Positions 12,825 through 24,500 of a DNA stretch of 63,973 bases are shown in pieces. The translations under genes and the position numbers were made by a program. Under the pieces are notes generated by a model, which did no database searches, was not told the DNA's origin, and saw only the letters and a list, made by a program, of their open reading frames with translations. The number at the start of each line of letters is the position of its first letter. Positions within the stretch are counted from its first letter, which is position 1. Origin of the DNA: Albugo candida. Its lineage: Eukaryota. The stretch covers positions 186,028 through 250,000 of the forward strand of contig JBDOQK010000023.1 of NCBI GenBank assembly GCA_040437565.1, given 5' to 3'.

Positions 12825-13025
12825 ACGATGGAATAAATAGAATTGACATTATAGGTGTACAACAGCACAAATATGACCTATGCCACCTAATAAATTTAGT
12901 CGGAAAAAGTCATACAGGAAAACACGTGTTGTGGGTATAAAACTAAATCCATAGCTATACTAAGTTTAGAGCTCCATTATGGACTCTATCGGATGTGATT
13001 GGAGTTTGTGTGGACGATAGAAATG

Positions 13026-15309
13026 CTAAGCTTTGCTACTGGTGTCCTCCGTGTGCAAAGCGACAAAGGAAGTAGGGCTAGCCGAGTACGAACTACCACT
13101 GGATATGTGACTTTGATTCAATGACCAATTATCCAAATTTTGTATTAATGAAGCTTTCGACCTTTTCCGTGCAAGTGAACTCTGTACTGATCGTGTTTCT
13201 TCATCAAGGCTGAGAGCACCTGTCTGGAAGTCGTCCATCACAGATCGAGCAAGCCTCGAGGAATGCGAAATTTTCTCGAAAGATGTAATTGTGTTTGCAT
13301 AATGTTGTGTTCTCTCATACAAGCTGAGCAAGCGCTCGATCTGTGTGTACCAAATTTCGTTCCTTAGCACGGGAAAAAGAGTCTCAATCATACTTTTTAG
13401 ACGACACTCTGAATATTCGAGTCCAAAATGTGTCGTGATTATCCAGAAATTCTCCAAAGTGATGTGACCAGAATTCTCTAATTCTTTCTCGACAAAAGCG
13501 ATATGCAATTGAGTCAAATCTTTACCACCAAGCAAAAGTTTTTTGTACAATTCTTCAATGAAGTCGGACCGTCCTTTGGTGACCTGTTTGAACTCACTGA
13601 TAATCTCGACAAATGCATCCATTCGGATATTAACGATGCTGGAAAGTAATATCAATCCCTGAAATATTCGAGGCTGCATGATGAGCATGTTTAGACATAC
13701 TGGCAACGGAACAAGCATATATTCAGGGATGAGTCTGAAGTTGCTCATCTGATAGAAGATAGCGTTGAACATGAATGCAAAGAAGAAAGCGTTGTACATC
13801 ATCATGAATCGTAGAGCTTTCTCCCATTTAGTCGGATTAAAAAATTTAATGGAAAATTCCGCACCCTTCGTTACTCCCCAAGGACATGAGGGCATATCAC
13901 ATAAGGGCATATCACGTTGTGTTGTAGTTCCTGCTGAGTCCCTTGGCACNNNNNNNNNNNNNNNNNNNNNNNNNNNNNNNNNNNNNNNNNNNNNNNNNNN
14001 NNNNNNNNNNNNNNNNNNNNNNNNNNNNNNNNNNNNNNNNNNNNNNNNNAGCTTTCTCCCATTTAGTCGGATTAAAAAATTTAATGGAAAATTCCGCACC
14101 CTTCGTTACTCCCCAAGGACATGAGGGCATATCACATAAGGGCATATCACGTTGTGTTGTAGTTCCTGCTGAGTCCCTTGGCACAGATGAAATACTCATT
14201 TCTTCAGTGACTTTACCTTCAGGTGTATGCTTGCACATATTTTTGACAAAAGGTTGATACCACTGCAGCCACTTTGACTTTTTGGGTGTGAGTGAACGCT
14301 GTTTTTCTTCCTGTTCTCGCTCAACTTCGAGCATGATGTGAATAATAGATTTGAAGCTTTTGCAGGCTTCTTGATGACATTTTTCAAACGCAGCCAGTTG
14401 CTTGAGCCACTCTATAACTTCCATTGTTGATTTATGACCTGACTGCTTAGCAATCTTAAGAATGGATCTATCGAGAAATATGACAGCTGCTATTTGCGTC
14501 AATAGTGACAACCATACGAAAATTGTAAAATCATAGAAAATGGCGTTGGGATTCCCATCCTGAGCGACGTCTGCCCAAAGCCCTTCAATTAGTTCCCAAA
14601 CAATCAACACCAATATTAACACAATCCATGTGCCCAACTGGACTTCCAGCATCATACTAATCTGCTTATCTTGCGCTTTCTTCAAGTACTTTGCGAATGG
14701 AAAGCTGTATGGAAGCCCGTATTTGACTACAAAAAAGTGACGCAACGTTCGCGTGTGCACCAATTGCATGAGACGCCCCAAAGCGTAATAATTCCTTTCT
14801 CCAAGAGAGTCTGATTTTGAGAAAAGATGACTCATGCGAGCAATAATACGTTTGGTGGCTGGTAAACTGTCGATCGCATTTTTGAGTGATTGATGCATTT
14901 CAACAAGTTCTATCAGATCTTCAGCAATAAATACTTCTTCAAAATCCATCTGTCGATTTTTCCGATAAAAGTACGCATATACACTCAACGCTTGCAGCAC
15001 GAGACCCAACGCCATAACAAACATCATGTAATCAGCCACCTGAAACGCAATGAATTGATGATCGTCGCTCTTGATTGTGATCACCTCCTTGAAAAGCTTC
15101 ACACCGAGACCAACAAGCCCAAAAATCATCAGTTCTTTATACATTTTTTGCAGCATTTCGTGATACGTTCGATTCGACCCAATTTTTTTCTCCACGTAAT
15201 GCAGTATACGCTCTAGTAGGATGACAGCTATCACAAGACCCAGCAGCATCACCGACACACGCCATAACTCGACATTTGTTCCAACTCGAAATAGAGAATA
15301 GGACGTCAT
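13026..15309 (-). CDS. Second MLO-like protein (tandem paralog), split by an artefactual gap; about 682 aa after merging
   Basis: LERILHYVEKK..EMLQKMYKELMIFGLVG and TLRHFFVVKYGLPYSFPFAKYLKKA. Removing the 135-bp overlap plus 100 N leaves 2049 nt in one frame. Confidence 0.75.
13815..14184. repeat. Unmerged assembly overlap: 13815-13949 repeated at 14050-14184
   Basis: Identical 135 bp flanking gap 13950-14049; merging restores the ORF. Confidence 0.92.
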
Positions 15310-15994
15310 GCTTGCGCAAAAAAAAGTGGTATCGGCTGTGGGTACAGCGTAGATATTTGTTGATCACGCATCATTGCCCATCGCCTACCATGAGTTAAAG
15401 GCTACAAAAACTTCAACGGATCTAGTAGACAGCCCCCTTGTTTTCGCATACTAGTGACGATGCTGAATTGCGTCTTGATTTGTCAAACTTGTGATTGACT
15501 CGGTCAAACTTACTCATTAGGCAACAGAGAATTCAGCACGAGAAACTGAGTAATGCACGCTGGACTATAGGAGTACAGCGCAGGTCGAATGCGTTACATT
15601 GCGCAACTCCTAAATTTTTACGCCACTGCTTTTACTCCGACGCCGTGATTGCGACATGAAATCTGTCTGAACACTTTTTATGGAGCTACAAATCACACAT
15701 CTTTCTAATCTTGAGTACCTTACACTTTTGCCTTTTTGTCGCCAGGTGTTTTGTGGGTATTAGGACCCGGCTAGGTTTTTACCATGATCTACCAACAACC
15801 CTCTCCTGCCTTTCCTATCCTGTTTGAAACGTATCTCGAATCACTCCTAGAGAATCTATGAGAGAATCTATGCTGGCTAGCGTCGAATCTGTTTTCTCTG
15901 CTCTCCCAATTCCCCCTCCCTCGTAGCCTTTCTTTTCCTTCTTTATTCTATCCGGACTAGACATTTTGGTATTTTTCGTCTATCCACGTTTAAC

Positions 15995-17572
15995 ATGGGA
16001 CACGCAACTGACGACATTGATTATTCACATTGTCAAGGTCGCATTTTTCGTCGAAAAGAAGCATTTTTATCACTACCAAGCACATTACAACACGATGCGA
16101 AACAGTGTGAGCTTTACCTGACAGCGCATAGAGATGAGACATTCTCCGTACGCCATCATCCTCCGCTCATCATAAAGTCTGTCTACGGATGTAAAGCCCG
16201 CGAATTAATTCACATGATTCTGGGCTGGCTTAGTGATGTTAAAGTTTCCGGATCTATCACTGAAACACAAGAAGAACTGAAACAGTATGCGTACGACATT
16301 GTGGATGCTCTCCTTTTGGACGGATTTGTCGCTCCGTTGAAAGATTCCGAGCAAAAACCGAGTCAATTAAGTCGATCAAACTCAATATCGCTACAGGCCC
16401 CTCCACAAACTGCGTCCGTGATTGTGGATCAAGAGACGATCTCAAACAATGTCGAGGAAAGCGCACAAACGGACGCACCGACTTCAGACGTGAAGCTCGA
16501 ATCGAAAGATACGTCTTCATCTGATTCTACAGCTACAGCGAGCAAAACTTATTTTTTCCGTGAAAATGACATTCTGATTCCAGTGGCTTTCAGCGACGAC
16601 ACACGTGTCAGTGTTTGGGACGTGGTGGATGGAGCCATCTTTGCAGCTGTATTGAAACGAAAAGCGGGCATTTTTGCGACATTCACACAGGGAAAAGATG
16701 TTTACGTAGTTGTGAATGAGAAAAAAAAGGCTTCGTATCTATTTGAAGGAGATACTGCTCGAGGCACCTTGGCTATTTTGGAGCTCAAGGAAAACTCGCA
16801 AGTGCAGATGGATGCAACATTTTTCGATTATGGTATCAATATATGGAACGGGGAGGTCTGTGTCGAAGTCCTTAACTGTATCAGCAAAAACACACAACAG
16901 CAATGCTTCGACGCGCTTCTTCAAGCTGGAGCTTCTGCGCAAGAAGCCATCGTCAAAAGTCAGTCTGGAGCTGGACCTTCCTTCTACGAATTGAGTGATA
17001 TGGCTTTAGGAACGAAAGAAGTTATCACCATGGATAGATACAAAGGAAAAGTCGTCCTGGTTGTCAATGTGGCCACCAAATCGAACCTTGCTACGGTGAA
17101 TTTCCAGGATCTGGTGTATTTACACGACAAATACCACCATCAAGGATTGGAAATTCTTGCATTTCCATGTAACCAGTTTGGGAATAATGAGCCAGGATCT
17201 GCGACAGACATTGCCAACGTTGCAAGTCAATACACTGCTACTTTTCAATTTTTCGAAAAAGGAGATGTGAACGGCGCAGAAGCTCGGCCAATCTTCAATT
17301 TCCTAAAATCGAAATTGCCGGATACCTTTGGCCAATTTATCAAATGGGACTTTGCCAAGTTTTTGATCGACAGAGAAGGCAAGCCGATCAGTCGATTTGC
17401 ACCAAAACAAGCTCCCAAGTCACTGGAACCCGCCATCAAGAAGCTTTTGTTTGGCGAAAATGCTCCCGCGACAACAGCGGATATTCCTGCTGACGTAGAA
17501 GTGGAGGGCGCATGCAAGTCTGTTCAGACAGATGAACCAGAAAAGCTGTCAAATTCCACTGTTGAAGATTGA
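15995..17572 (+). CDS. Glutathione peroxidase-domain protein with N-terminal DEP-like and PH-like regions; catalytic residues substituted
   Basis: C-terminal YKGKVVLVVNVATKSNL, LEILAFPCNQFGNNEPG, KGDVNG and IKWDFAKFLIDREG mark the GPx fold. The DEP-like and PH-like assignments in the N-terminal ~320 aa are by pattern only. Confidence 0.85.
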   Translation: MGHATDDIDYSHCQGRIFRRKEAFLSLPSTLQHDAKQCELYLTAHRDETFSVRHHPPLIIKSVYGCKARELIHMILGWLSDVKVSGSITETQEELKQYAYDIVDALLLDGFVAPLKDSEQKPSQLSRSNSISLQAPPQTASVIVDQETISNNVEESAQTDAPTSDVKLESKDTSSSDSTATASKTYFFRENDILIPVAFSDDTRVSVWDVVDGAIFAAVLKRKAGIFATFTQGKDVYVVVNEKKKASYLFEGDTARGTLAILELKENSQVQMDATFFDYGINIWNGEVCVEVLNCISKNTQQQCFDALLQAGASAQEAIVKSQSGAGPSFYELSDMALGTKEVITMDRYKGKVVLVVNVATKSNLATVNFQDLVYLHDKYHHQGLEILAFPCNQFGNNEPGSATDIANVASQYTATFQFFEKGDVNGAEARPIFNFLKSKLPDTFGQFIKWDFAKFLIDREGKPISRFAPKQAPKSLEPAIKKLLFGENAPATTADIPADVEVEGACKSVQTDEPEKLSNSTVED

Positions 17573-17603
17573 TATTGTCAATTCAGCTCATAACTACTAG
17601 CGA

Positions 17604-17804
17604 CAATTCCGATTCCATATTTCATACTGCCTTTTGTAATTTCGATTTTGCTGTNNNNNNNNNNNNNNNNNNNNNNNNNNNNNNNNNNNNNNNNNNNNNN
17701 NNNNNNNNNNNNNNNNNNNNNNNNNNNNNNNNNNNNNNNNNNNNNNNNNNNNNNCAATTCCGATTCCATATTTCATACTGCCTTTTGTAATTTCGATTTT
17801 GCTG
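17604..17804. repeat. Unmerged assembly overlap (~50 bp) around gap 17655-17754
   Basis: caattccgattcc..ttttgctg on both sides of the N run. Confidence 0.85.
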
Positions 17805-17898
17805 CATGCGTATGCTTTTTTTATTTTAACGACTTTAGATGGCTAGTTGCAACATATTGAGCTACCTTTGCACTCATATCTGTAAATTTGATTCTACA

Positions 17899-18831
17899 TC
17901 AATCTAGGTCAAATGCTGTCTTATAAACACTATTAATGTGCTCAATAACCAGCAGCACAATCATTGCGTTTGGAGCACAGCGAGTGTAATATGTCCAATA
18001 TCCACGCCAAAGCTTGCTTGCACCTTCTTTGGCAACAATTTTACGGAAGCAATCAGCCACGCCGTCGTAAGGGTACTTGCCTATGACTGGATCTTTCTTC
18101 ATATTCATCAGTCGAGATTTTACCAAGTCAAAGGGCAACGATGTGAAAGCACACGCAAATCCTGATATAGCACTTGCACCCGTATTGGTCAAAAAGCCCT
18201 CGCCGTACCGTGCAGCAATCATTTCTTTGGCTTGATCGTATGAGGCCATCATGCCAAGATTCATCGCTGCACCACGGGCGACGAGCGGGATGCTACCTCG
18301 CCATAAAGTTAATACTCCCTCTGCTTTGACAATTTTGACAATTGCATCGAACACATTTTTGTACCCACGTTGTTCTCCATGTTTCGCTAATGTGTCAGCT
18401 TGCATACGCACTAGAGCAACATCCATTGGACATCCCATTGTTGCAGCAATACCCCCAGTTGTGATGGCCGATAATGACTTGACCCACAATGGAAGAGATG
18501 GGCTTTGATTACTCTCAATTCGTCGAGCAATGAGAAAGTCGGAAAACGCTCGATGCATTCCAAGACGAGCTGTTCCGTAAACCATTTGACGAGCAACTGC
18601 CGCTGTTAGACCAGAATACAATCCCTTCACACCTTCTTTAGCGATGACAGAACGTGCGACCTCGAGACTAGTAGCATTGGATCCAGTCTGTCCTCCGAGC
18701 TGTAAGTGTACCTTGACCAAGTCTACAGGATGAATAGCTATTGCAGCGAAAATAGCCGCTGATCCTCCACAGACATATGGCTGTGCGCTTTGCGCAAAAG
18801 ACGTACCCTTTGACTTGGTCGGGCTCGACAT
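17899..18831 (-). CDS. Mitochondrial carrier family protein, 2-oxoglutarate/malate (dicarboxylate/tricarboxylate) carrier type
   Basis: 310 aa with three carrier signatures (PVDLVKV, PMDVALVRMQAD, PFDLVKSRL) plus RQMVYGTARLG and YDQAKE. Confidence 0.92.
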   Translation of the reverse strand: MSSPTKSKGTSFAQSAQPYVCGGSAAIFAAIAIHPVDLVKVHLQLGGQTGSNATSLEVARSVIAKEGVKGLYSGLTAAVARQMVYGTARLGMHRAFSDFLIARRIESNQSPSLPLWVKSLSAITTGGIAATMGCPMDVALVRMQADTLAKHGEQRGYKNVFDAIVKIVKAEGVLTLWRGSIPLVARGAAMNLGMMASYDQAKEMIAARYGEGFLTNTGASAISGFACAFTSLPFDLVKSRLMNMKKDPVIGKYPYDGVADCFRKIVAKEGASKLWRGYWTYYTRCAPNAMIVLLVIEHINSVYKTAFDLD

Positions 18832-18840
18832 GACGCAATG

Positions 18841-19002
18841 AATCAGAGGCCAGTAACAGCGGAGGGCTATANNNNNNNNNNNNNNNNNNNNNNNNNNNNN
18901 NNNNNNNNNNNNNNNNNNNNNNNNNNNNNNNNNNNNNNNNNNNNNNNNNNNNNNNNNNNNNNNNNNNNNNNAATCAGAGGCCAGTAACAGCGGAGGGCTA
19001 TA
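18841..19002. repeat. Unmerged assembly overlap (31 bp) around gap 18872-18971
   Basis: aatcagaggccagtaacagcggagggctata on both sides. Confidence 0.85.
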
Positions 19003-19157
19003 GTAAAAACCGGTAGCAACACAGTTTTTACTAACTTTTCTACCATTTTACCAGAAACATCTTTTTTAAGATACATTTACTCTCTGTATGCAAAGTAAGA
19101 CGAAGTCACCTGCTTCTCATTAGCTATTTCACGTCGGTGATATTGATCTGGCGCGAA

Positions 19158-20477
19158 TCAATCGAACAAAATCTTTTCGAGTATAAGCTCATCTGGATAA
19201 TGACTCATTGTATCATCGTCGTGTCTGAATGTGCATGCCTCGAATCGATCTTTGCCATCAGTTTGATGCGACGAAAGCTCAGTTAATGGCTCGTCTTGGT
19301 GCGACACAGATTTCCGCGAAGTCGAATACGTGATATTCGCCCAAACACTATCTTGTGACTCCAAATCATCCAAAAAACTATACTGACTGCTAGCGCCATA
19401 CACCTCCATTTTACACTTCGTCGTGGATGCCTCCCTCGAGATATCGTTCCCTTGTCCGATGGTTGTCGCGTCAACGGCACTAAAAACTTGTTTAAGAAAT
19501 GGCGGGTCCTCGAGAACAACTCCAAATTCTACCCATTCTTGCAGTCCCCCAGCAGTTTGAGCTGTATGTGGCGTAAGCACATCCATATTTGCAGATATGG
19601 TGTGAGACGATGTGTTTGTCAATACTGGGTGCTGGATAGATACCGAAGTTGTATTCCGAGAATGTCGGTAGTCAAAAGTGACTTGGTCTTCTTGAGTGGT
19701 ACATTTGAAATTTGCCTCCGAGATTGGAATTTGGCGAACAATTTTTGAAGTTTTACGAGCTCGTTTCGTCGCTCTTGATGAAGACAGAAGTGTCGACAGC
19801 TGTAAAGTTGTAGTCAATTCCGCGTTGGAGTCATTCGGTCGGTTCTGAGCGATTCCAGTAAATTGAGACTCTTTGAAAGTCGAATATGGTCCGTTCGATA
19901 CATTATCAGCCTCTTTTCTCTTCTGTTTCCAATTCTCCCGAGCGGATAATCGCGTCATTCCAATTTGCGTCGGATCAGGCGGAAAACAATTATGGCTAAA
20001 TGTACATACCCCACTCGATTGAGTCTTTGTCCACTTGCGAAACCCAAAGTTGTTAAGTTGACGCTGAAAGCTCGCAAATTTTCGATGTTTGAAGTATTTT
20101 GGAAGCACTTCCTGTTCGAATCGCTTCATGTCCAAAATATGGAACGCAGTCACGGAATTCGGCTCCAAATCCGCATTCTCGACCCACGCTACAATATCGG
20201 CTTGCTCTGTTTGCAAAATTGTGTACAAAGAGCGCAAGAATTTCGGAATCCGATGCGAGTTATTTCGTGTGTTTTTCGTTCTACTCAGTGCATCAGATAC
20301 CGATGGTAACGATTTCGATGTAACCGGAGGGCTCGTGATCGAGTCCTTGCTCGCCATAAGTGGGAGACGAGATGCGTTGAACTCTTCTTGTTGAGCGTGT
20401 GGTTGAAAGGATGGTGCAGGGACAGAAGACGGAGACAACGCGCATGGATGGCTTTGAGACAACACTCCCATTATCAT
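19158..20477 (-). CDS. HSF-type DNA-binding domain transcription factor
   Basis: PKFLRSLYTIL..IVAW..F..EVLPKYFKHRKFASFQRQLNNFGFRKW. The first ATGs are at 20477 and 20471; the ORF track start at 20561 is TTG. Confidence 0.9.
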   Translation of the reverse strand: MIMGVLSQSHPCALSPSSVPAPSFQPHAQQEEFNASRLPLMASKDSITSPPVTSKSLPSVSDALSRTKNTRNNSHRIPKFLRSLYTILQTEQADIVAWVENADLEPNSVTAFHILDMKRFEQEVLPKYFKHRKFASFQRQLNNFGFRKWTKTQSSGVCTFSHNCFPPDPTQIGMTRLSARENWKQKRKEADNVSNGPYSTFKESQFTGIAQNRPNDSNAELTTTLQLSTLLSSSRATKRARKTSKIVRQIPISEANFKCTTQEDQVTFDYRHSRNTTSVSIQHPVLTNTSSHTISANMDVLTPHTAQTAGGLQEWVEFGVVLEDPPFLKQVFSAVDATTIGQGNDISREASTTKCKMEVYGASSQYSFLDDLESQDSVWANITYSTSRKSVSHQDEPLTELSSHQTDGKDRFEACTFRHDDDTMSHYPDELILEKILFD

Positions 20478-21580
20478 GAGATACGAAGAAGTGCTATTCA
20501 AATACGTCCTTGGCTGCGATTGGTATCGACTTGACTTTTTGTGCAACGTAATGGTAATCAAAGCGGCTTGATATGGATAAGGCGCACCAACAACATAAAA
20601 TTATACTTGTGCGGTCTTTCTTAATTGTCACACGCAATCTTTTCTCGTACAATACATGTCTCATTAGAACATCCAGCAAAGGTGATGTGATCTGTAGGCA
20701 GTCGACCGATACTTATTGAATTACATGACCCGATAGCTTTGACGGTCTATCCATTGCGTTTCATAGTCTATACCTTCAATTACGCAGTAAGAGGATCGGA
20801 TCTTGAAGATTGTATTCAGATTGTAATGCTATAAACGTGTGACTCGTCAGCGAGAGAAAATTGTTGAGGAGCTACAAAGATGACAAAAGTACTGTGATGA
20901 GTAGTTGAAATTGTAGGATATCTGCAAGTAAAAATAAGGCTGCACTGCAGAATCACAAAACGAGAAGTTAGTCTGTTAACAGGCGGCAAAGCCATAATAC
21001 TTGCTATTAAGTTGTTCAATCTATAGTAATGATGTGTTACTGCGCCCTCTGCTTGCACATCTACAAAGATCCGGCATAGTTGATGTATACATTATTTGAA
21101 TACCAAACAGGTCGAATTCGAAGTCAAGTTTTCACTTTGCAAAGGCCACACGCCGTACTGGGCGCAGTATTAAGCACCAGCGAGCTCGATAATTGCACTC
21201 AGAAAAAATTAAAATTGTGAGGCTATAGCGTACACAGCAAAGATCAACGTTCACTTTCGGGCTTTATCGTATTGATTGTCAATGGTGTTGATCATCGTTT
21301 ACTCTGGCGCCTCATAACGATGTTGAGGTCGTATAAATTGGCTCAACTAAATGAGAAAACGTCGTCGTCCAGCCAGTCCGATCTGCTTCGCTGCTTTTGT
21401 GATGATGCAAGTTGCGATCGACCCAGCAATCCACGAGCATGTCGGAACATCTTTGGCTTGACTGCTGTAGCACATTTTTTCCGTCGATCCTTGAGACAAT
21501 TTTCGGGTAGGCATTTCTCTGAATTGTTCTCCGTATCCTTTGACGTTGTGGGACGCTTTTTGATCTTAAGCTGGGAAGAT

Positions 21581-24500
21581 TTATGAGATGCTGAAACTGA
21601 TGAATGTAAGAAATATGTGAGCCACACTTACGTTCGTCCTCAGTTTTGAGACTATCGGAATGCTAGGATACTTTGATGATGACGATTCTGGCTTCCCACG
21701 TAATATTTCGTGATGTGAGATACACGGAGACTCGAGCTGTTTTTGTGACTTTTCCTCGTGTTTACTTTGTTGATGGGTCATCTTTCTCGGTTTCGGCGTT
21801 TGCTCATTTTGTCTTGGCTCTTTTTTGGTATCTGGTCGAGCGTCATGATTGAATAGTGCTCTTGGCTGACAACGCGACGTTATATTTTTATCCATTGCAG
21901 CGTTTTCTTTTCCAGCTGATTTCGTTGTTCGGATTTTCGCCAAGTGACTCGAATCACATCTGGGATGAGATGTAGCGTGGGCATTCTTTCTAGCGACCTT
22001 TCGAACTCGTCTGTTCTTGTCTGGTTTCTTCACTGTGACGGCGAGAGTTCTTTTTGTTTCCGATAATACATCCATTTCAGTAGGTGAGATCATTTCACAA
22101 GAAAATGGCACTTCGGCCTGATGTGCGGCAGAAGCGATTGAATTTCTTCGCGTGCTGCTAGCGCTTTTTTTCTGCATTGAGCATGCAGGCTGTTTGGCAT
22201 TTTTCGACTCAGTGGTAGTAGATACTACCAGTGATTCTTGTAATGATTGTAGCTCACTTTGCTGTAGCAACGGCGGTAAGTAAATCTTTTCGCTTGCATT
22301 ATGAGTTCTGACCTTTTGCATCAACAATACGTTGTGGTGATGTTGAATGTCTTTGATCATGCTCTTGTGCTGTTGATCTGCCTGTGATGAATCTCTCTTT
22401 AGAATCATTCTGATCTTCCCATTCTTAGCATACCAGCTCTAGACTTCTCTTCGTTGCAGCTTGATATGCTTGGTAATCCTCGTCAGCTTTTCGCAGACGT
22501 GTATCCTAGTAGCCAGTCTCATTGTTTTAAAAATCCAGCTTATTTTTAGCATATTGGTACCTCTTTGCATAAATATTCGGAGATGTGTGTCGCTGTCAAT
22601 TCTGGATAGCTAGGTGCAAAATTTTGTACAAGCGATTCGACTCTTGATTTGTACTTTTCCAGCTGAGCCATGGTGCCTCTGATTCTCTTTTTCCGAGCCG
22701 TCCAACATGTTTCGAGACTAATGATATTTGATCGCTTATCCTCCCCGATCATTTCAGATCGACACAACTGTTCGTGCAGCATTCCAAGTTGAAGTTTTTC
22801 ATTATCAGTGGCGGAATGCAAGTATCTATTCTTGTCTTCCATCACTAGTAGATGTTGTTGGACACGAGAAGTTGACCGCTTTGTTAATTCTGCTTGCTGT
22901 GTCTTATCGTGGTATTGAACTCTTTCGGTATCCACTGCAGCCTGCAATGTATGAAGTGCTCTCTCTCGATTGACCAGGTGGTGTGAATCTTGCTCGATGA
23001 CACGACGAACTTCTGATACTTCGTCTTCAAGCTTCATCATCTCCCCACAATGCTTGTGCTGGTAAGTATGATAAGCTAGATACAGCTATATTGAGAATCG
23101 GTCTCCTTGTCGACTAATATCAAAGTACCTCCTTCTTCATGTTTCTGATGTGCAACATGCTGTGTGTACTGGTTTCGTTGTCGCATCTGATGGTATTGGA
23201 GCCATTGTAGTTGGTGCAGTGTCGTCTGAATACCATAACATCGAGATGAAGATCCTTCAAAACCCGCAAAAGTATGTGTTACCTTGACATTCTCTTCCGC
23301 GGCTTCAATGTTGTCTCGCTTTTTCTGTATCATGAGCGCGATTTCCTTAGTCTTGTACTTCTCCTTTGCCATTTTATCCTACCCCGTCCGTATGCCAATA
23401 ATCACTACATTATCAGGGCTTGAGCGAAATCCAAGCTGGTTCTCACGTGTAGTTGCTTCAGGATAATTGTGCAACGGCGATTTTCGCATTGTAAAATTGC
23501 TCCAGCTTCATTTGTAGCCTTTGCAGTGAGATTTTAGAGTTAAGAAATTACTACTAGCACGTAAACCTCGAACCTTCTCCGAACATAGTCGACGAAGAAT
23601 GTCAGCTTTAGCTCTTCTCGGAAGATATCATGAGCCCGAATAAACTCCATCATAGGCACCCTCACCTTTCCTTCATGCATTCCGTTTCTTCTAATCTGAG
23701 CTGATCTTCTTTTCCCAGAGCTCGCACTGAAGAGAGCCTCTAAAATAAGATGCGCGTGACTACCAGTATTTCAAAAGTGTGACATGCCTTCATTCTGAAG
23801 GCGAGCTACCTGTTGTAATTCTATGAGGCGACTTAGATTCACGTCCAGAATCGTTTTTTTGTCCTGGATATGTCGCTGTTCCGTTTGTATGCATTGAGCT
23901 GTATGGTTCAGACTCTCTTCCAGCGAAATGGTTCGTTTCACTTCCTCCTGATATGTACATAGAAACGGGAAGTGAAGGGAGCAAAATAACCCACATCACC
24001 AGTGTAACCTCGTATGCAACTTCTGCAGCCAAGACATCTTCAACAATGAGCATTTCTTTCTCTTTGTCTACATATTGGATGAACTGTGATCAAGTATTTA
24101 TTCATATGGCATATAAGGAATTGCAGGACATTGTTGTAAGAGTTGCCATTTTGATGTTACGATGCTCAATGCCCCAACTCGGTTGTCTTCCACTTCCATG
24201 AGATTATGATTCAGCTTATGAAGCTGACTCTCTAGGCGTTCCACCAGAACGGACGCAATCCGAAATTTTTCATTTGTTTGTTCTAGCTCTTTCTTCCATG
24301 TACACAGAGTATCCTCTCGAGAACGTTTTGATTGACATTTTTGTATAGCTGTGCCAATATCAATGCAGTTGTACAGCGAGTACATCTCATTCAATGCAAT
24401 TTCCAATTCTTCCATTTGTGCACCACGTGAGCGTATCGACTCTCTATACAGCAATCCATTTCTTCGAATATTTTGTATGGAATGGCAAACCTGCTCTTAC

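Noticed and set aside
15850-15872. Short direct repeat gagaatctatg x2 upstream of the GPx fusion
   Set aside because: Too short to distinguish from local slippage
17081-17083. Selenocysteine GPx
   Set aside because: The codon is TCG (Ser), not TGA
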